Origin: Kineococcus radiotolerans SRS30216 = ATCC BAA-149
GTDB taxonomy: Bacteria > Actinomycetota > Actinomycetes > Actinomycetales > Kineococcaceae
Length of the DNA: 32,000 nt
Assembly (NCBI RefSeq): GCF_000017305.1
Contig: NC_009664.2
Location: 3,480,001 to 3,512,000, forward strand
Reading direction: 5' to 3'
Shown one piece after another: positions 8,133-21,861 of this stretch. The position numbers and the translations under genes were made by a program. A model generated the notes under the pieces. The model saw nothing but the letters and a program-made list of their open reading frames with translations, did not search any database and was not told where the DNA came from. Position 1 is the first letter of the stretch. Each line of letters begins with the position of its first letter.

Positions 8133-9984
8133 CCCGCGGCGCAGGTTCCAGCAGCGTCGCCGCGATCCGGTCGTTGAGCCGGAAGAACCCCGCGTCCAGG
8201 CCCGGGCGGGCGAACGCCGCCGCCCAGCCCCCGCCCGCGACCCAGGGCCCCACGGCGAAGCGGGACGGGTGCACCGAACCGTCCGCCGCGACGATCCGCT
8301 GGTCCGGGTCGACGACGATCCGCCCGTCGCCGACCTCGGCGACCTCGCCCCGGCGGGCGAGCGCGGCCAGCAGCGGGTCGGCGCTCTCGGCGAGGCTGGG
8401 GGTGGGCAGCCGGGCGTCCACCAGCACCCGGGCGCAGACCTCCTCGGGGCTGTTGGCCGACCGCGCCGTCCAGCACCGCCCGACCTCGTCGGGACGCACC
8501 CGCAGGTCGCCGCCGAGGAACCTGACCACGCCGGCGTCGGCGAGGGCGAGCAGTTCGCGCAGCCGCTGCGGCGGGGGCCCGGAGGCGACGTAGCTGAAGA
8601 ACCCGTGCCACCAGCCGTCGACCTCGAGGCGGGACGCCTCGTCCAGCAGGCCGCGGTGGGCCAGGCCCGCGACGGTCACGTAGCAGGACAGCAGCGCGGA
8701 GAACACCGCGGCGTCCGGGCTGTGCGCGGGATCCCCGCGGCGGGCCACGTCGTCGGCGACGTGGGCGCGGACCCGGTCGTGGACCTCCCGGGCGTCCGCG
8801 CCGCGCCACCCGGCGAGCGGGCGGTCGAGGTGGCGCAGGTCGAGCCGGTCCCGCGGGTCGGGGACGGCGGCGCCGACGAGGTCGTCGAGTTCCCGGCTGC
8901 CCCACGCCGCGGGCGCGAAGCGGCGCTCGAACTCCCCGGCGTCCATCGACGTGCGGTCCGGGTGGGCGCGGAACAGCTCGTGGTAGTGCGCCCCGGCGAG
9001 CTCCTTGGCGATGGCCGGCCACAGGTCCGCACGCAGGTTCAGCGGGCGCGGGGAGGTCTCGAACTCCCCGGGCGAGAAGAACCGGGGCAGCGGCGGGCGC
9101 TCGTCGAGCACGTAGGTGATCTTCGAGCGGTAGGGGACGCCCCGCCGGCTCCCGACGTGCAGCACCGGTTCCCGGCCGCTGGGGTGGTAGACGAGCCCGT
9201 GCGCCTCCTCGGTGAAGCGGCCCCCGCGGCCCTGGCCCACCAGGACGGTGAGGTCGACGAACGCGAGCCCCATCCCGGCGACGACGACGTCGGCGCCGGG
9301 GGGCAGCGTCCGCTCGTCCTCGACGAGACCGAGGTCGCTGGTGTAGCCGGGGGCGACGTACCCCAGGCCGTGGCGGTCGGCGAACTCCCGCGCGGCCCGT
9401 TCCCGGGGCCCGGGGACGACGTCGGGGTGGCCCTGGGCGAGGACCACGGCGTCGACCCGCAGGGTCCCGCCGTCCTCCAGCCGCACCACCTGGACCCCGC
9501 CCTCCTCCCCGAGGTCGACGACCCGGGTGCGGTGCGGGTGGACGACGACGTTCGGCGGCAGGCCGTCGAGGACCCGGCGCCACGCCCAGGAGAGGTAGCG
9601 GCTGCCGAGCGCGCGGGAGACGAACGTCCCCTCCCGCACCCCCAGCACCTCCCGGTGCAGGTCGTCCTCGCCGGCCGCCGCGAACTCCGCCGCGAGCTCC
9701 TCGCGGTGGGCGTCGAGCCAGGCGTGCAGCGTCGGTCCCGTCCGCACCGGGGCGGTGAGCACCGAGGAGGCGTCGGGCAGCACCGTCACGTCGGCGGCGC
9801 GGGAGTTCATCCACAGCAGGGGGTGCTGGTCGGCGCGCCAGATCCGTCCCGCTCCCGGCGGGTGGGGGTCGACGACGTGCACCTCGACCCGGCGCGCGGG
9901 GTCGTTCGAGGCGTGCGCGGACAACCGGTCGAGGACGCCGAGGGCGCGGGGACCGGCACCGACCAGGCAGAGGGACGGGCTCAC
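8068..9984 (-). CDS. FAD/NAD(P)-binding protein (NAD_binding_9-like flavoprotein), function unknown
   Basis: N-terminal dinucleotide fold LCLVGAGPRALGVLDRL, and a second fold at DVVVAGMGLAFVDL. I chose GTG 9984, preceded by AGGAG. The track start at 10050 adds 22 Arg/Pro-rich residues. Confidence 0.75.
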   Translation of the reverse strand: MSPSLCLVGAGPRALGVLDRLSAHASNDPARRVEVHVVDPHPPGAGRIWRADQHPLLWMNSRAADVTVLPDASSVLTAPVRTGPTLHAWLDAHREELAAEFAAAGEDDLHREVLGVREGTFVSRALGSRYLSWAWRRVLDGLPPNVVVHPHRTRVVDLGEEGGVQVVRLEDGGTLRVDAVVLAQGHPDVVPGPRERAAREFADRHGLGYVAPGYTSDLGLVEDERTLPPGADVVVAGMGLAFVDLTVLVGQGRGGRFTEEAHGLVYHPSGREPVLHVGSRRGVPYRSKITYVLDERPPLPRFFSPGEFETSPRPLNLRADLWPAIAKELAGAHYHELFRAHPDRTSMDAGEFERRFAPAAWGSRELDDLVGAAVPDPRDRLDLRHLDRPLAGWRGADAREVHDRVRAHVADDVARRGDPAHSPDAAVFSALLSCYVTVAGLAHRGLLDEASRLEVDGWWHGFFSYVASGPPPQRLRELLALADAGVVRFLGGDLRVRPDEVGRCWTARSANSPEEVCARVLVDARLPTPSLAESADPLLAALARRGEVAEVGDGRIVVDPDQRIVAADGSVHPSRFAVGPWVAGGGWAAAFARPGLDAGFFRLNDRIAATLLEPAPRVSVVGPRSASSAPSRETAPAD

Positions 9985-10153
9985 GAGGGCTCCTGGGGAG
10001 GGGATCCGGCGGGGACTCCTCAGGAACAGGTGGCGCCGTGGGTGCGGCACAGGTCGACGTGGCGACGGCGCACCAGTCGCCCGTTCGTCGCTCCCGCGGT
10101 CCGCACCCGGCCAGTCTAGGTGCCCGGCCCGGGCCGCGGCCTCCCGCGCGGGG

Positions 10154-11335
10154 TCAGCGGCGGTGGCCGAGCACGAAGGTGCGGATGGCGGTGACGGCGG
10201 CGCCGCGCGCCCACTCGGTGAACCCGGTCGGCTGGACGTCGAGGTCCAGCTCCGAGGCGTAGGGGCTGCGGTGGGCGCGCAGCCCGGCGAGGAGCGCGTC
10301 GCGGCCGACGACCGCGAGCCGGATGCCCTCCCCGGAGAGGATCACCTTCTCGGGCATGGTGAGGTTGGCGATCGCGGCGACGAGGGTTCCCAGCGCCTCG
10401 GCGGAGTCGTCCACGACGCGGCGCGCCAGCGGCTCGCCCGCCTCGGCGAGGTCGAGGACCTCCTCGTACCCGAGCGGGCGCCGCAGGGCGGCCGAGGCCC
10501 GGGCCTCGACCGCGGCCGCGGTGAGCAGGGCGTCGGCGCAGCCCTGGTGGCCCTGGGGGCACAGCGGCCCGCCCGGCAGCAGCGGGAAGTGCCCCAGCAG
10601 CCCGACCCCGGCGTCGGGGCGGTCCACGACCTCGTCGTGGACGACCAGGCCGTAGCCCAGGCCCTCCCCGACGGTGAGCACGGCGAAGTGCCGGCACCGG
10701 CGGGCCGCGCCGAACCACTGCTCCGCGCGGGTGAAGGACAGCAGGTCGTTGTCGACGACGACGGGCAGCCCGAGGCGCTCCTCCAGCACCCGCCCCAGGG
10801 GCACGTCCTGCCAGCCGAGGAAGGTGGCGCTGAGGACGTGGCCGTGGTCGCCGACGAGCCCGCCGAGGCTGACCCCCACGGCGCGCAGGTCGGTGCCGGT
10901 GCCCCCGGGGTGCCCGGCGACGACGGAGCGGACGAGGTCGACGACGGTCTCGACGACGGCGCCGGGGGAGGGGTCGGGCAGCACCGCCTCGTCGCTGGCC
11001 AGCACGGTGGCGCGCAGGGAGGTGAGCACGGCGTGGGCGGTGCGCGCGGTGAGCTTGACCCCCACGAAGAGGTGGGAGTTCTCGTCCACGTCCATCGGGC
11101 GGGTGGGCCGGCCGGTGACCGGGTCGTAGGCGCTGCCGGTCTCCTGGAGCAGCCCCGAGTCCAGCAGGGGCTTGGAGAGGCGGGTGAGGGTGCCGGCGGA
11201 CAGGTCCAGCCGCCGGGCCAGCTCGCTGCGGGGGAGGGGGCCGTCGAGGAGGACCTCGAGGGCGATGCTGTGCGCCGTCCCCGTCAGCGGGGTCCACGCG
11301 ACGGCGGGCGGTGCCGGCCGGACGGGTGCGTCCAC
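10154..11335 (-). CDS. ROK family transcriptional regulator
   Basis: N-terminal wHTH (RSELARRLDLSAGTLTRLSKPLLDSGLL) plus a ROK sugar-kinase-like body with the GHxxCxxGHxGC-type motif (CPQGHQGCADAL). Confidence 0.9.
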   Translation of the reverse strand: MDAPVRPAPPAVAWTPLTGTAHSIALEVLLDGPLPRSELARRLDLSAGTLTRLSKPLLDSGLLQETGSAYDPVTGRPTRPMDVDENSHLFVGVKLTARTAHAVLTSLRATVLASDEAVLPDPSPGAVVETVVDLVRSVVAGHPGGTGTDLRAVGVSLGGLVGDHGHVLSATFLGWQDVPLGRVLEERLGLPVVVDNDLLSFTRAEQWFGAARRCRHFAVLTVGEGLGYGLVVHDEVVDRPDAGVGLLGHFPLLPGGPLCPQGHQGCADALLTAAAVEARASAALRRPLGYEEVLDLAEAGEPLARRVVDDSAEALGTLVAAIANLTMPEKVILSGEGIRLAVVGRDALLAGLRAHRSPYASELDLDVQPTGFTEWARGAAVTAIRTFVLGHRR

Positions 11336-11397
11336 GGTCGTCCCCTCTCGTCAGTGAGTGTCGGAGTGGAACCTACCCGATGGTCGACGGTCCACGA

Positions 11398-11416
11398 GGA
11401 GGCTCGGCGAGCCTCC
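11398..11416. promoter_or_regulatory. Perfect inverted repeat GGAGGCTC-GGC-GAGCCTCC in the divergent ROK/GH36 intergenic region (candidate operator)
   Basis: 8-bp arms with a 3-nt spacer. TTGACG follows immediately at 11418-11423. Confidence 0.25.
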
Positions 11417-11445
11417 GTTGACGGGGTGGAGCTTTCGGCGTACAA

Positions 11446-13689
11446 GTGTCCTCGTCCTGCCACACCGACGTGCCCGACGGAGCGACCGTGACCCTCCCGC
11501 CCGATCCCGACCTCCGCCCCCCTCCGGGCACCCCCGGTGCGACCGCCGGGGCCCTCGGGCGGGTCCTGCACCTGCGCGCGGCGGGGGTGAGCCTCGTCGT
11601 GCAGCTGCACACCACCTCCACGCCCACCGTCCTGCACTGGGGCGCCGACCTCGGCGACCTCTCCGAGGCGGCCCTGGCCGACCTCGCGCTCTCCGGGCGG
11701 ACGGCCCGGGCCAACAACGACCTCGACGAACCCCAGCCGGTGCGCCTGCTCCCCGAGCAGGCCTGGGGCTGGAACGGCCGGCCCGGTCTGTCCGGGCACC
11801 GCGCCGGCACCGCGTGGTCGACGCGCTTCGCCCCCACCGCCGCCCTGGTCGAGGAGGGGGACGGGGGCGGGCGCCTCGTGCTGGACGCGGCCGACGCCGA
11901 GGCGGGGCTGGCCCTGACCCTGGAGCTGGAGCTGCTGCCCTCCGGCCTGCTGCGGCACCGGGCGACGCTGACCAACACGGGGGCGGCGGAGTACGAGGTC
12001 GCCGACCTCGCCCCCGCCCTGCCCGTCCCGCCCGTCGCGACGAAGGTCCTCGACCTCGCCGGCCGCTGGGCCAAGGAGCGCGTCCCCCAGCGGCGCCCGC
12101 TGACCGTCGGGGCCCACGTGCGGGAGAACCGCCGCGGTCGCACCGGCCCCGACGCCCCGCTGGTCCTCGCCGTCGGGACGCAGGGCTTCGGCTTCCGCAC
12201 CGGGGAGGTGTGGGCCACCCACACCGCCTTCAGCGGCAACCACCGCAGCAGCGTCGAGAAGCTCTCCAGCGGCACGACGACGCTGGCGGCCGGGGAGCTC
12301 CTGCTGCCCGGCGAGGTCCGGCTGGCGAGCGGGGAGGGCTACCGCACCCCCTGGGTGTTCGGCGCCTGGTCGGACGAGGGGCTGGACGGGATCGCCGCGC
12401 GCTTCCACCGGCACCTGCGCGCGCGCCCGCACCACCCCCCGCGCCCGCGCCCGGTGGTGGTCAACACGTGGGAGGCGGTCTACTTCGACCTCGACCTCGA
12501 GCGCCTGCTCGACCTCGCCCGCGCCGCCGCGCAGGTGGGGGCGGAGCGCTACGTCCTCGACGACGGCTGGTTCCGGCACCGCCGCTCCGACGACGCCGGG
12601 CTGGGGGACTGGTACGTCGACGAGGGGATCTGGCCGCAGGGCCTGCACCCGCTGGTCGACGGGGTCCGGGCCCTCGGCCTGGAGTTCGGCCTCTGGGTCG
12701 AGCCGGAGATGGTGAACCCCGACTCCGACCTCGTCCGCGCCCACCCGGACTGGGTGCTGCGGACCGGGGGCCGCACCCCGCTGCCCTCGCGCCAGCAGCA
12801 GGTCCTCGACCTGGGCAACCCCGACGCCTACGCGCACGTCCTCGCGCGCCTGGACGCGATCCTCACCGAGTACGAGATCGCCTACCTGAAGTGGGACCAC
12901 AACCGCGACCTGCTCGAAGCGGGTTCGGGACCCTCCGGGCGGGCGGGCGTGCACGCCCAGACCCTCGCGGTCTACCGCCTGCTGGACGAGCTGCGGGCCC
13001 GCCACCCCGGGGTCGAGATCGAGTCCTGCTCCTCGGGCGGGCTGCGCGTCGACCTGGAGATCCTGGAGCACACCGACCGGGTCTGGGGCAGCGACTGCCT
13101 CGACCCCCTGGAGCGCCAGCAGATCCAGCGCTGGACGACCCAGCTCGTGCCGCCGGAACTCATCGGCTCCCACGTCGGCGCGTCCCCGTCGCACACCACC
13201 CACCGCAGCAGCGACCTGTCGTTCCGGGCCGGCACCGCCCTGTTCGCCTCGTTCGGCGTCGAGACCGACCTCACCCGGATGGACCCGGCCGAGCGCGAGG
13301 AACTGGCCCGCTGGGTCGCGCTGTACAAGGAGGTCCGCGAACTCCTGCACACGGGGACCCTCGTGCGGGCCGACGACCACGACCCGTCGTTCCTGGTGCA
13401 CGGCACGGTGGCGCCCGACGGCGGCGACGGCCTGTTCGCGGTGGTGCAGCTCGGCACGCCCGACACCTCGGTCCCGGGGCGGGTGCGGTTGCCCGGGTTG
13501 TCGCCGCAGGCGGAGTACGAGGTCAGCGCCCAGGCTCCCGGCGACGTCCCCGCGGTGCGCGGGGGGAAGGACCTGCCGTGGCTCGCGAGCGGGGTGCGGA
13601 TGAACGGCCGGACGCTGGCCGCGGTGGGGGTGGCCGCCCCGGCGCTGCAACCCCAGCAGCTGGTGCTGCTGCGCACCCGCCGGCTCTGA
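11446..13689 (+). CDS. GH36 alpha-galactosidase
   Basis: YVLDDGWF, GLWVEPEMVNPDS, YLKWDHNRD (nucleophile region) and ESCSSGGLRVD (acid/base region). The start is uncertain: GTG 11446, or GTG 11488 in the same frame, which has a GGAG SD 6 nt upstream. Confidence 0.9.
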   Translation: MSSSCHTDVPDGATVTLPPDPDLRPPPGTPGATAGALGRVLHLRAAGVSLVVQLHTTSTPTVLHWGADLGDLSEAALADLALSGRTARANNDLDEPQPVRLLPEQAWGWNGRPGLSGHRAGTAWSTRFAPTAALVEEGDGGGRLVLDAADAEAGLALTLELELLPSGLLRHRATLTNTGAAEYEVADLAPALPVPPVATKVLDLAGRWAKERVPQRRPLTVGAHVRENRRGRTGPDAPLVLAVGTQGFGFRTGEVWATHTAFSGNHRSSVEKLSSGTTTLAAGELLLPGEVRLASGEGYRTPWVFGAWSDEGLDGIAARFHRHLRARPHHPPRPRPVVVNTWEAVYFDLDLERLLDLARAAAQVGAERYVLDDGWFRHRRSDDAGLGDWYVDEGIWPQGLHPLVDGVRALGLEFGLWVEPEMVNPDSDLVRAHPDWVLRTGGRTPLPSRQQQVLDLGNPDAYAHVLARLDAILTEYEIAYLKWDHNRDLLEAGSGPSGRAGVHAQTLAVYRLLDELRARHPGVEIESCSSGGLRVDLEILEHTDRVWGSDCLDPLERQQIQRWTTQLVPPELIGSHVGASPSHTTHRSSDLSFRAGTALFASFGVETDLTRMDPAEREELARWVALYKEVRELLHTGTLVRADDHDPSFLVHGTVAPDGGDGLFAVVQLGTPDTSVPGRVRLPGLSPQAEYEVSAQAPGDVPAVRGGKDLPWLASGVRMNGRTLAAVGVAAPALQPQQLVLLRTRRL

Positions 13690-13694
13690 GGTTC

Positions 13695-13729
13695 CCGGGG
13701 CGGGGCCCGTCAGCGGGTCCCGCCCCCGG
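13695..13729. terminator. Long GC hairpin between the convergent GH36 and DeoR genes (candidate bidirectional terminator)
   Basis: About 13 contiguous pairs join 13697-13709 to 13714-13726 (one G-U on the plus-strand RNA). The loop TCAG contains the DeoR stop codon. Confidence 0.45.
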
Positions 13730-14567
13730 TGCCGGGGGCCGGCGCGTCCGGTTCCGCGAGCAGCAGCCGTCCGCGCAGGAGGTTCCGCGCCTCCGGCGGC
13801 AACCCCTCGTCGCTCACCACGACGCCCACCTCGTCCCAGCCCGCGACGGACGCCAGCCCCACGACCCCCCACCGCCCGGAGCCGGCCACCACCACCGTGC
13901 ACGCGGCGGCGGCCACCAGCGCCCGGTCGGTCTCCACCCCGGCCAGGTCCCGGCCCGTGAGGCCCGCCGCGGCCGCGAAGCCGTGGACCGGGAGGAACAG
14001 CAGGTCGACGTGGAGGGGGGCCAGGGTGCGTGCGGTCAGCGGCCCGACCAGGGCGCCGGCGGGGTTCAGGGTGCCGCCGGTGAGGACGACGGTGCGGTCG
14101 GGGCGGGCCGGGTCGTGCAGGAGCTGCGCGACGGCGGGGGAGTTCGTCACCACGGTCAGGTCGGCGACCGCCCGCACCGCCGCCGCCACCTCCAGGGTCG
14201 CGTTCCCGGCGGAGAGGGCGATCGAGGAACCGGGCCGGACGAGCGTCGCCGCGAGGCGTCCCAGCGCCCGTTCCGCGGTCCGGTCCGCCGTCCCGGACGG
14301 TGGGGAACCGGACTCGCCACCGGAACCCTCGGGCAGGGCGGCGCCGCCGTGCACGCGGTCGGCCAGGCCCCGCCGGGACAGTTCCCCGATGTCCCGGCGG
14401 ATGGTGACGTCCGACACCCCGAGTTTCCGGACGAGTTCCGATACCCGGACGCCCCCGTTGCGGCGCAACGACTCCAGGATCAGTTCCTGCCGGTTCCGCG
14501 CCAGCACCACCGGTACACCCCCACCCCACGGCGAGCGTGGACCCGTCGACGTCGACCCGTCGAGCAT
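13710..14567 (-). CDS. DeoR/GlpR family transcriptional regulator
   Basis: HTH ILESLRRNGGVRVSELVRKLGVSDVTIRRDIGELSRRGL plus a DeoR C-terminal sensor domain. Alternative GTG start at 14510 (VVLARNRQ...). Confidence 0.85.
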   Translation of the reverse strand: MLDGSTSTGPRSPWGGGVPVVLARNRQELILESLRRNGGVRVSELVRKLGVSDVTIRRDIGELSRRGLADRVHGGAALPEGSGGESGSPPSGTADRTAERALGRLAATLVRPGSSIALSAGNATLEVAAAVRAVADLTVVTNSPAVAQLLHDPARPDRTVVLTGGTLNPAGALVGPLTARTLAPLHVDLLFLPVHGFAAAAGLTGRDLAGVETDRALVAAAACTVVVAGSGRWGVVGLASVAGWDEVGVVVSDEGLPPEARNLLRGRLLLAEPDAPAPGTGGGTR

Positions 14568-14615
14568 GGGGGTTCCGCGATCCCGGAGTCAACGTCCGGG
14601 GCCGGCCCGGCGCGA

Positions 14616-14665
14616 GGTTTCCAACAGACCCGAACACGAGGAGTTCACGGTTTCGTTGGGTTTCG
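14616..14665. promoter_or_regulatory. Three direct copies of GGTTTC(G/C) upstream of the ABC operon (candidate DeoR operator)
   Basis: GGTTTCC at 14616-14622, GGTTTCG at 14649-14655 and GGTTTCG at 14659-14665. The last two start 10 bp apart, one helical turn. Confidence 0.25.
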
Positions 14666-14675
14666 GGCGATCCGC

Positions 14676-14704
14676 TTGACACGCCACGGACGCAGGCCCA
14701 GTCT
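14676..14704 (+). promoter_or_regulatory. Candidate promoter TTGACA-17 nt-CAGTCT for the galactoside ABC operon
   Basis: Perfect -35 at 14676-14681. The -10 at 14699-14704 is weak but keeps A2 and T6. Confidence 0.3.
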
Positions 14705-14786
14705 TGCCGTGACGTGGTCGCCCGTGCGAACGGCCGGCCGAGAAGTGCGAAGCCGGCCCTCGCCGGACGCCGACGAAGGAGTCGCG

Positions 14787-16127
14787 ATGAACCGCCCCAC
14801 CACCGAGTCCGAGTACCTCGCCGGCCTCGTGCCCGCGTCCGCCGGCCGCCACGGTTTCAGCCGCCGGTCGATGCTGCGCGGCTCGATGCTCGCCGCCGGG
14901 ATCCCCGCCCTGCTGGCCGCCTGCGGCGGCGGTGGCGAGACGTCCGGGGGCGGTGGGGGCGGCTCCCAGGTCACCCTCGGCTCGAACTTCTCCGACGAGG
15001 TCCCGCTCAAGACGATGAAGGCGATGGTCGAGGACGCCCAGCAGAAGCAGGGCATCTCGATCAAGCTCAACACCGTCGACCACACCACCTTCCAGAACAA
15101 CATCAACAACTACCTCCAGGGCAGCCCCGACGACGTCTTCTCCTGGTTCGCCGGGTACCGGATGCAGTTCTTCGCCGCCCAGGGCCTCGCCTCCGACATC
15201 AGCGACGTGTGGTCCACCGTCGGGGCCAACTACACCGACGCCTTCAAGAAGGCCTCCACGGGCGAGGACGGCAAGCAGTACCTCGTCCCCACCACCTACG
15301 GCCCGTGGGCCGTCTTCTACCGCAAGTCCCTCTGGGCCGAGCGCGGCTACCAGGCCCCCACCACCCTCGACGAGATGACCGCCCTCTCCCAGCAGATGCA
15401 GGCCGACGGCCTGGTGCCGCTGGCGTTCGCGGACAAGGAGGGGTGGCCGGCCATGGGCACCTTCGACCAGCTCAACATGCGCATCAACGGCTACCAGTTC
15501 CACCTCGACCTCATGGCCGGCGAGGAGGCCTGGACCGACCAGAAGGTCAAGACGGTCTTCGACACCTGGCGCGGGCTCCTGCCCTACCACCAGACGGACT
15601 CCCTCGGCCGCACCTGGCAGGAGGCCGCGAGCGGCATCGTCAACAAGACGTCCGGGATGATGGTCATCGGCTCCTTCATCGGCCAGCAGTTCGAGGAGGC
15701 CGACCAGGAGGACATCGACTTCTTCAACTTCCCCGAGGTCGACCCGGCCATCGGCGCGGACGCGGTCGAGGCCCCCATCGACGGCTTCATGATGTCCAAG
15801 CGCCCCCGCAACGAGGAGGGCGCCAGGAAGCTGCTGGAGTACTTCGGGTCCCCCGAGGACGGCGTCGTGCAGACCACCAACGACCCCTCCGGCATCGCGG
15901 CGAACTCGAAGTCCGACCAGGGGCACTACACCGAGCTGCAGAAGAAGTGCGCCGAGTTCGTCGCGAACGCGGCCTCGATCTCGCAGTTCATGGACCGCGA
16001 CACGCGTCCCGACTTCGCCTCGACCGTCATGATCCCCTCGCTGCAAACCTTCATCTCGAACCCCGCCGACATCGACGGTCTCTGCAACGACATCGAGAAC
16101 CAGAAGAAGAGCATCTTCACCTCCTGA
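14787..16127 (+). CDS. ABC transporter substrate-binding lipoprotein (CUT1 sugar family)
   Basis: ATG 14787 with SD GAAGGAG. Tat-like SRRSMLRG and lipobox LLAACGG. Family-1 solute-binding body. The much longer open frame upstream (from 11358) is artefactual. Confidence 0.9.
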   Translation: MNRPTTESEYLAGLVPASAGRHGFSRRSMLRGSMLAAGIPALLAACGGGGETSGGGGGGSQVTLGSNFSDEVPLKTMKAMVEDAQQKQGISIKLNTVDHTTFQNNINNYLQGSPDDVFSWFAGYRMQFFAAQGLASDISDVWSTVGANYTDAFKKASTGEDGKQYLVPTTYGPWAVFYRKSLWAERGYQAPTTLDEMTALSQQMQADGLVPLAFADKEGWPAMGTFDQLNMRINGYQFHLDLMAGEEAWTDQKVKTVFDTWRGLLPYHQTDSLGRTWQEAASGIVNKTSGMMVIGSFIGQQFEEADQEDIDFFNFPEVDPAIGADAVEAPIDGFMMSKRPRNEEGARKLLEYFGSPEDGVVQTTNDPSGIAANSKSDQGHYTELQKKCAEFVANAASISQFMDRDTRPDFASTVMIPSLQTFISNPADIDGLCNDIENQKKSIFTS

Positions 16128-16137
16128 GGAGCGTCCC

Positions 16138-20920
<4,783 letters not shown>

Positions 20921-20938
20921 CCCGGGCGGCGCGGGCCC

Positions 20939-21787
20939 TCACCGCGCCCCCGCCGGGACCGGGCGGGCGGCGCGGTAGGCGCCGGGGGAGCAGCCGCAGG
21001 CCCGCGCGAAGTGCGCGTACAGGCTGCTCCCCGACCCGAACCCGGCGGCGTGGGCGACGGCGGCCGTCGTCATCGACGTGGTGAGCAGCAACCGCTGCGC
21101 CTCGGCGATCCGGTGCCGCAGCAGCTGGTCGCCGAGGGTGACCCCGGTGGCGCGGCGGAACAGGGTCGTGGCGTAGTTCGGGTTCAGGTTGGCCGCCCGG
21201 GCGATGTCGGCGGCGGAGATGCGGTCGCGGAAGTTCTCCGCGGTGTAGCGGGCCATCAGCGCGACCGGCCGCAGGTCGGGCCGGGGACGGGGGGTCGGTG
21301 CCGGACCGCGGTGCCCCAGGATCCTCAGCACCATGGCGTTCGCCTCCAGCAGCATCGCCTCGGTGTCCGGCTCGGCCCCGCGGGGGTGGGCCAGGTCGCG
21401 CTGCCAGGTGGTGAACAGCCCCTCCACGTGCGGGCCGATCACCGCGGTGGGCACCACGACGGTGCGCTGCGACATCACCGTCGCCGAGAACGCGGCGGGC
21501 AGGGACCACCGCAGGACGACCGCCAGCGGGAGGTGCACCCAGCAGGTGTCGCTGTCCCGCGGCCCGTCCGAGGAGAGCAGCCGGTGCGGCGCCGCGGCCC
21601 AGAACACGGCCGTGGACCCCTCCGGCACGCTGACCCGCTCGCCCCCCACCAGGTACTCCAGCGAACCCCGCAGCGCGACGTTGACCTCCAGGTCGTCGTG
21701 GCGGTGGAACTCCCGCATGGGCGGCGCCGACCCGCGGTGCACCCAGAGGGCGGGCTCGACGACGGTGAGAGCGTCCACGGGGGTCAC
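20939..21787 (-). CDS. AraC family transcriptional regulator (cupin N-domain plus dual HTH)
   Basis: C-terminal AraC HTH: ADIARAANLNPNYATTLFRRATGVTLGDQLLRHRIAEAQRLL...VAHAAGFGSGSSLYAHFARACGCSPGAYR. Confidence 0.88.
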   Translation of the reverse strand: MTPVDALTVVEPALWVHRGSAPPMREFHRHDDLEVNVALRGSLEYLVGGERVSVPEGSTAVFWAAAPHRLLSSDGPRDSDTCWVHLPLAVVLRWSLPAAFSATVMSQRTVVVPTAVIGPHVEGLFTTWQRDLAHPRGAEPDTEAMLLEANAMVLRILGHRGPAPTPRPRPDLRPVALMARYTAENFRDRISAADIARAANLNPNYATTLFRRATGVTLGDQLLRHRIAEAQRLLLTTSMTTAAVAHAAGFGSGSSLYAHFARACGCSPGAYRAARPVPAGAR

Positions 21788-21849
21788 GGTAGCTGAGGAT
21801 CCTGGAACCCCTCACCCGTCGGCCGGAGGACTCCGGGAGGACCCCGCCC

Positions 21850-21855
21850 TAGGGT
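21850..21855 (+). promoter_or_regulatory. Candidate -10 box TAGGGT positioned for a leaderless GH27 mRNA
   Basis: It fits TAnnnT. A 6-nt spacer (CGCCGC) follows before ATG 21862. There is no SD. Confidence 0.3.
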
Positions 21856-21861
21856 CGCCGC

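Noticed and set aside
11418-11446. TTGACG-17-TACAAG as a confident sigma-70-type promoter.
   Set aside because: The -10 hexamer lacks the highly conserved final T (TAnnnT). I mention it only as a weak possibility in connection with the adjacent palindrome.
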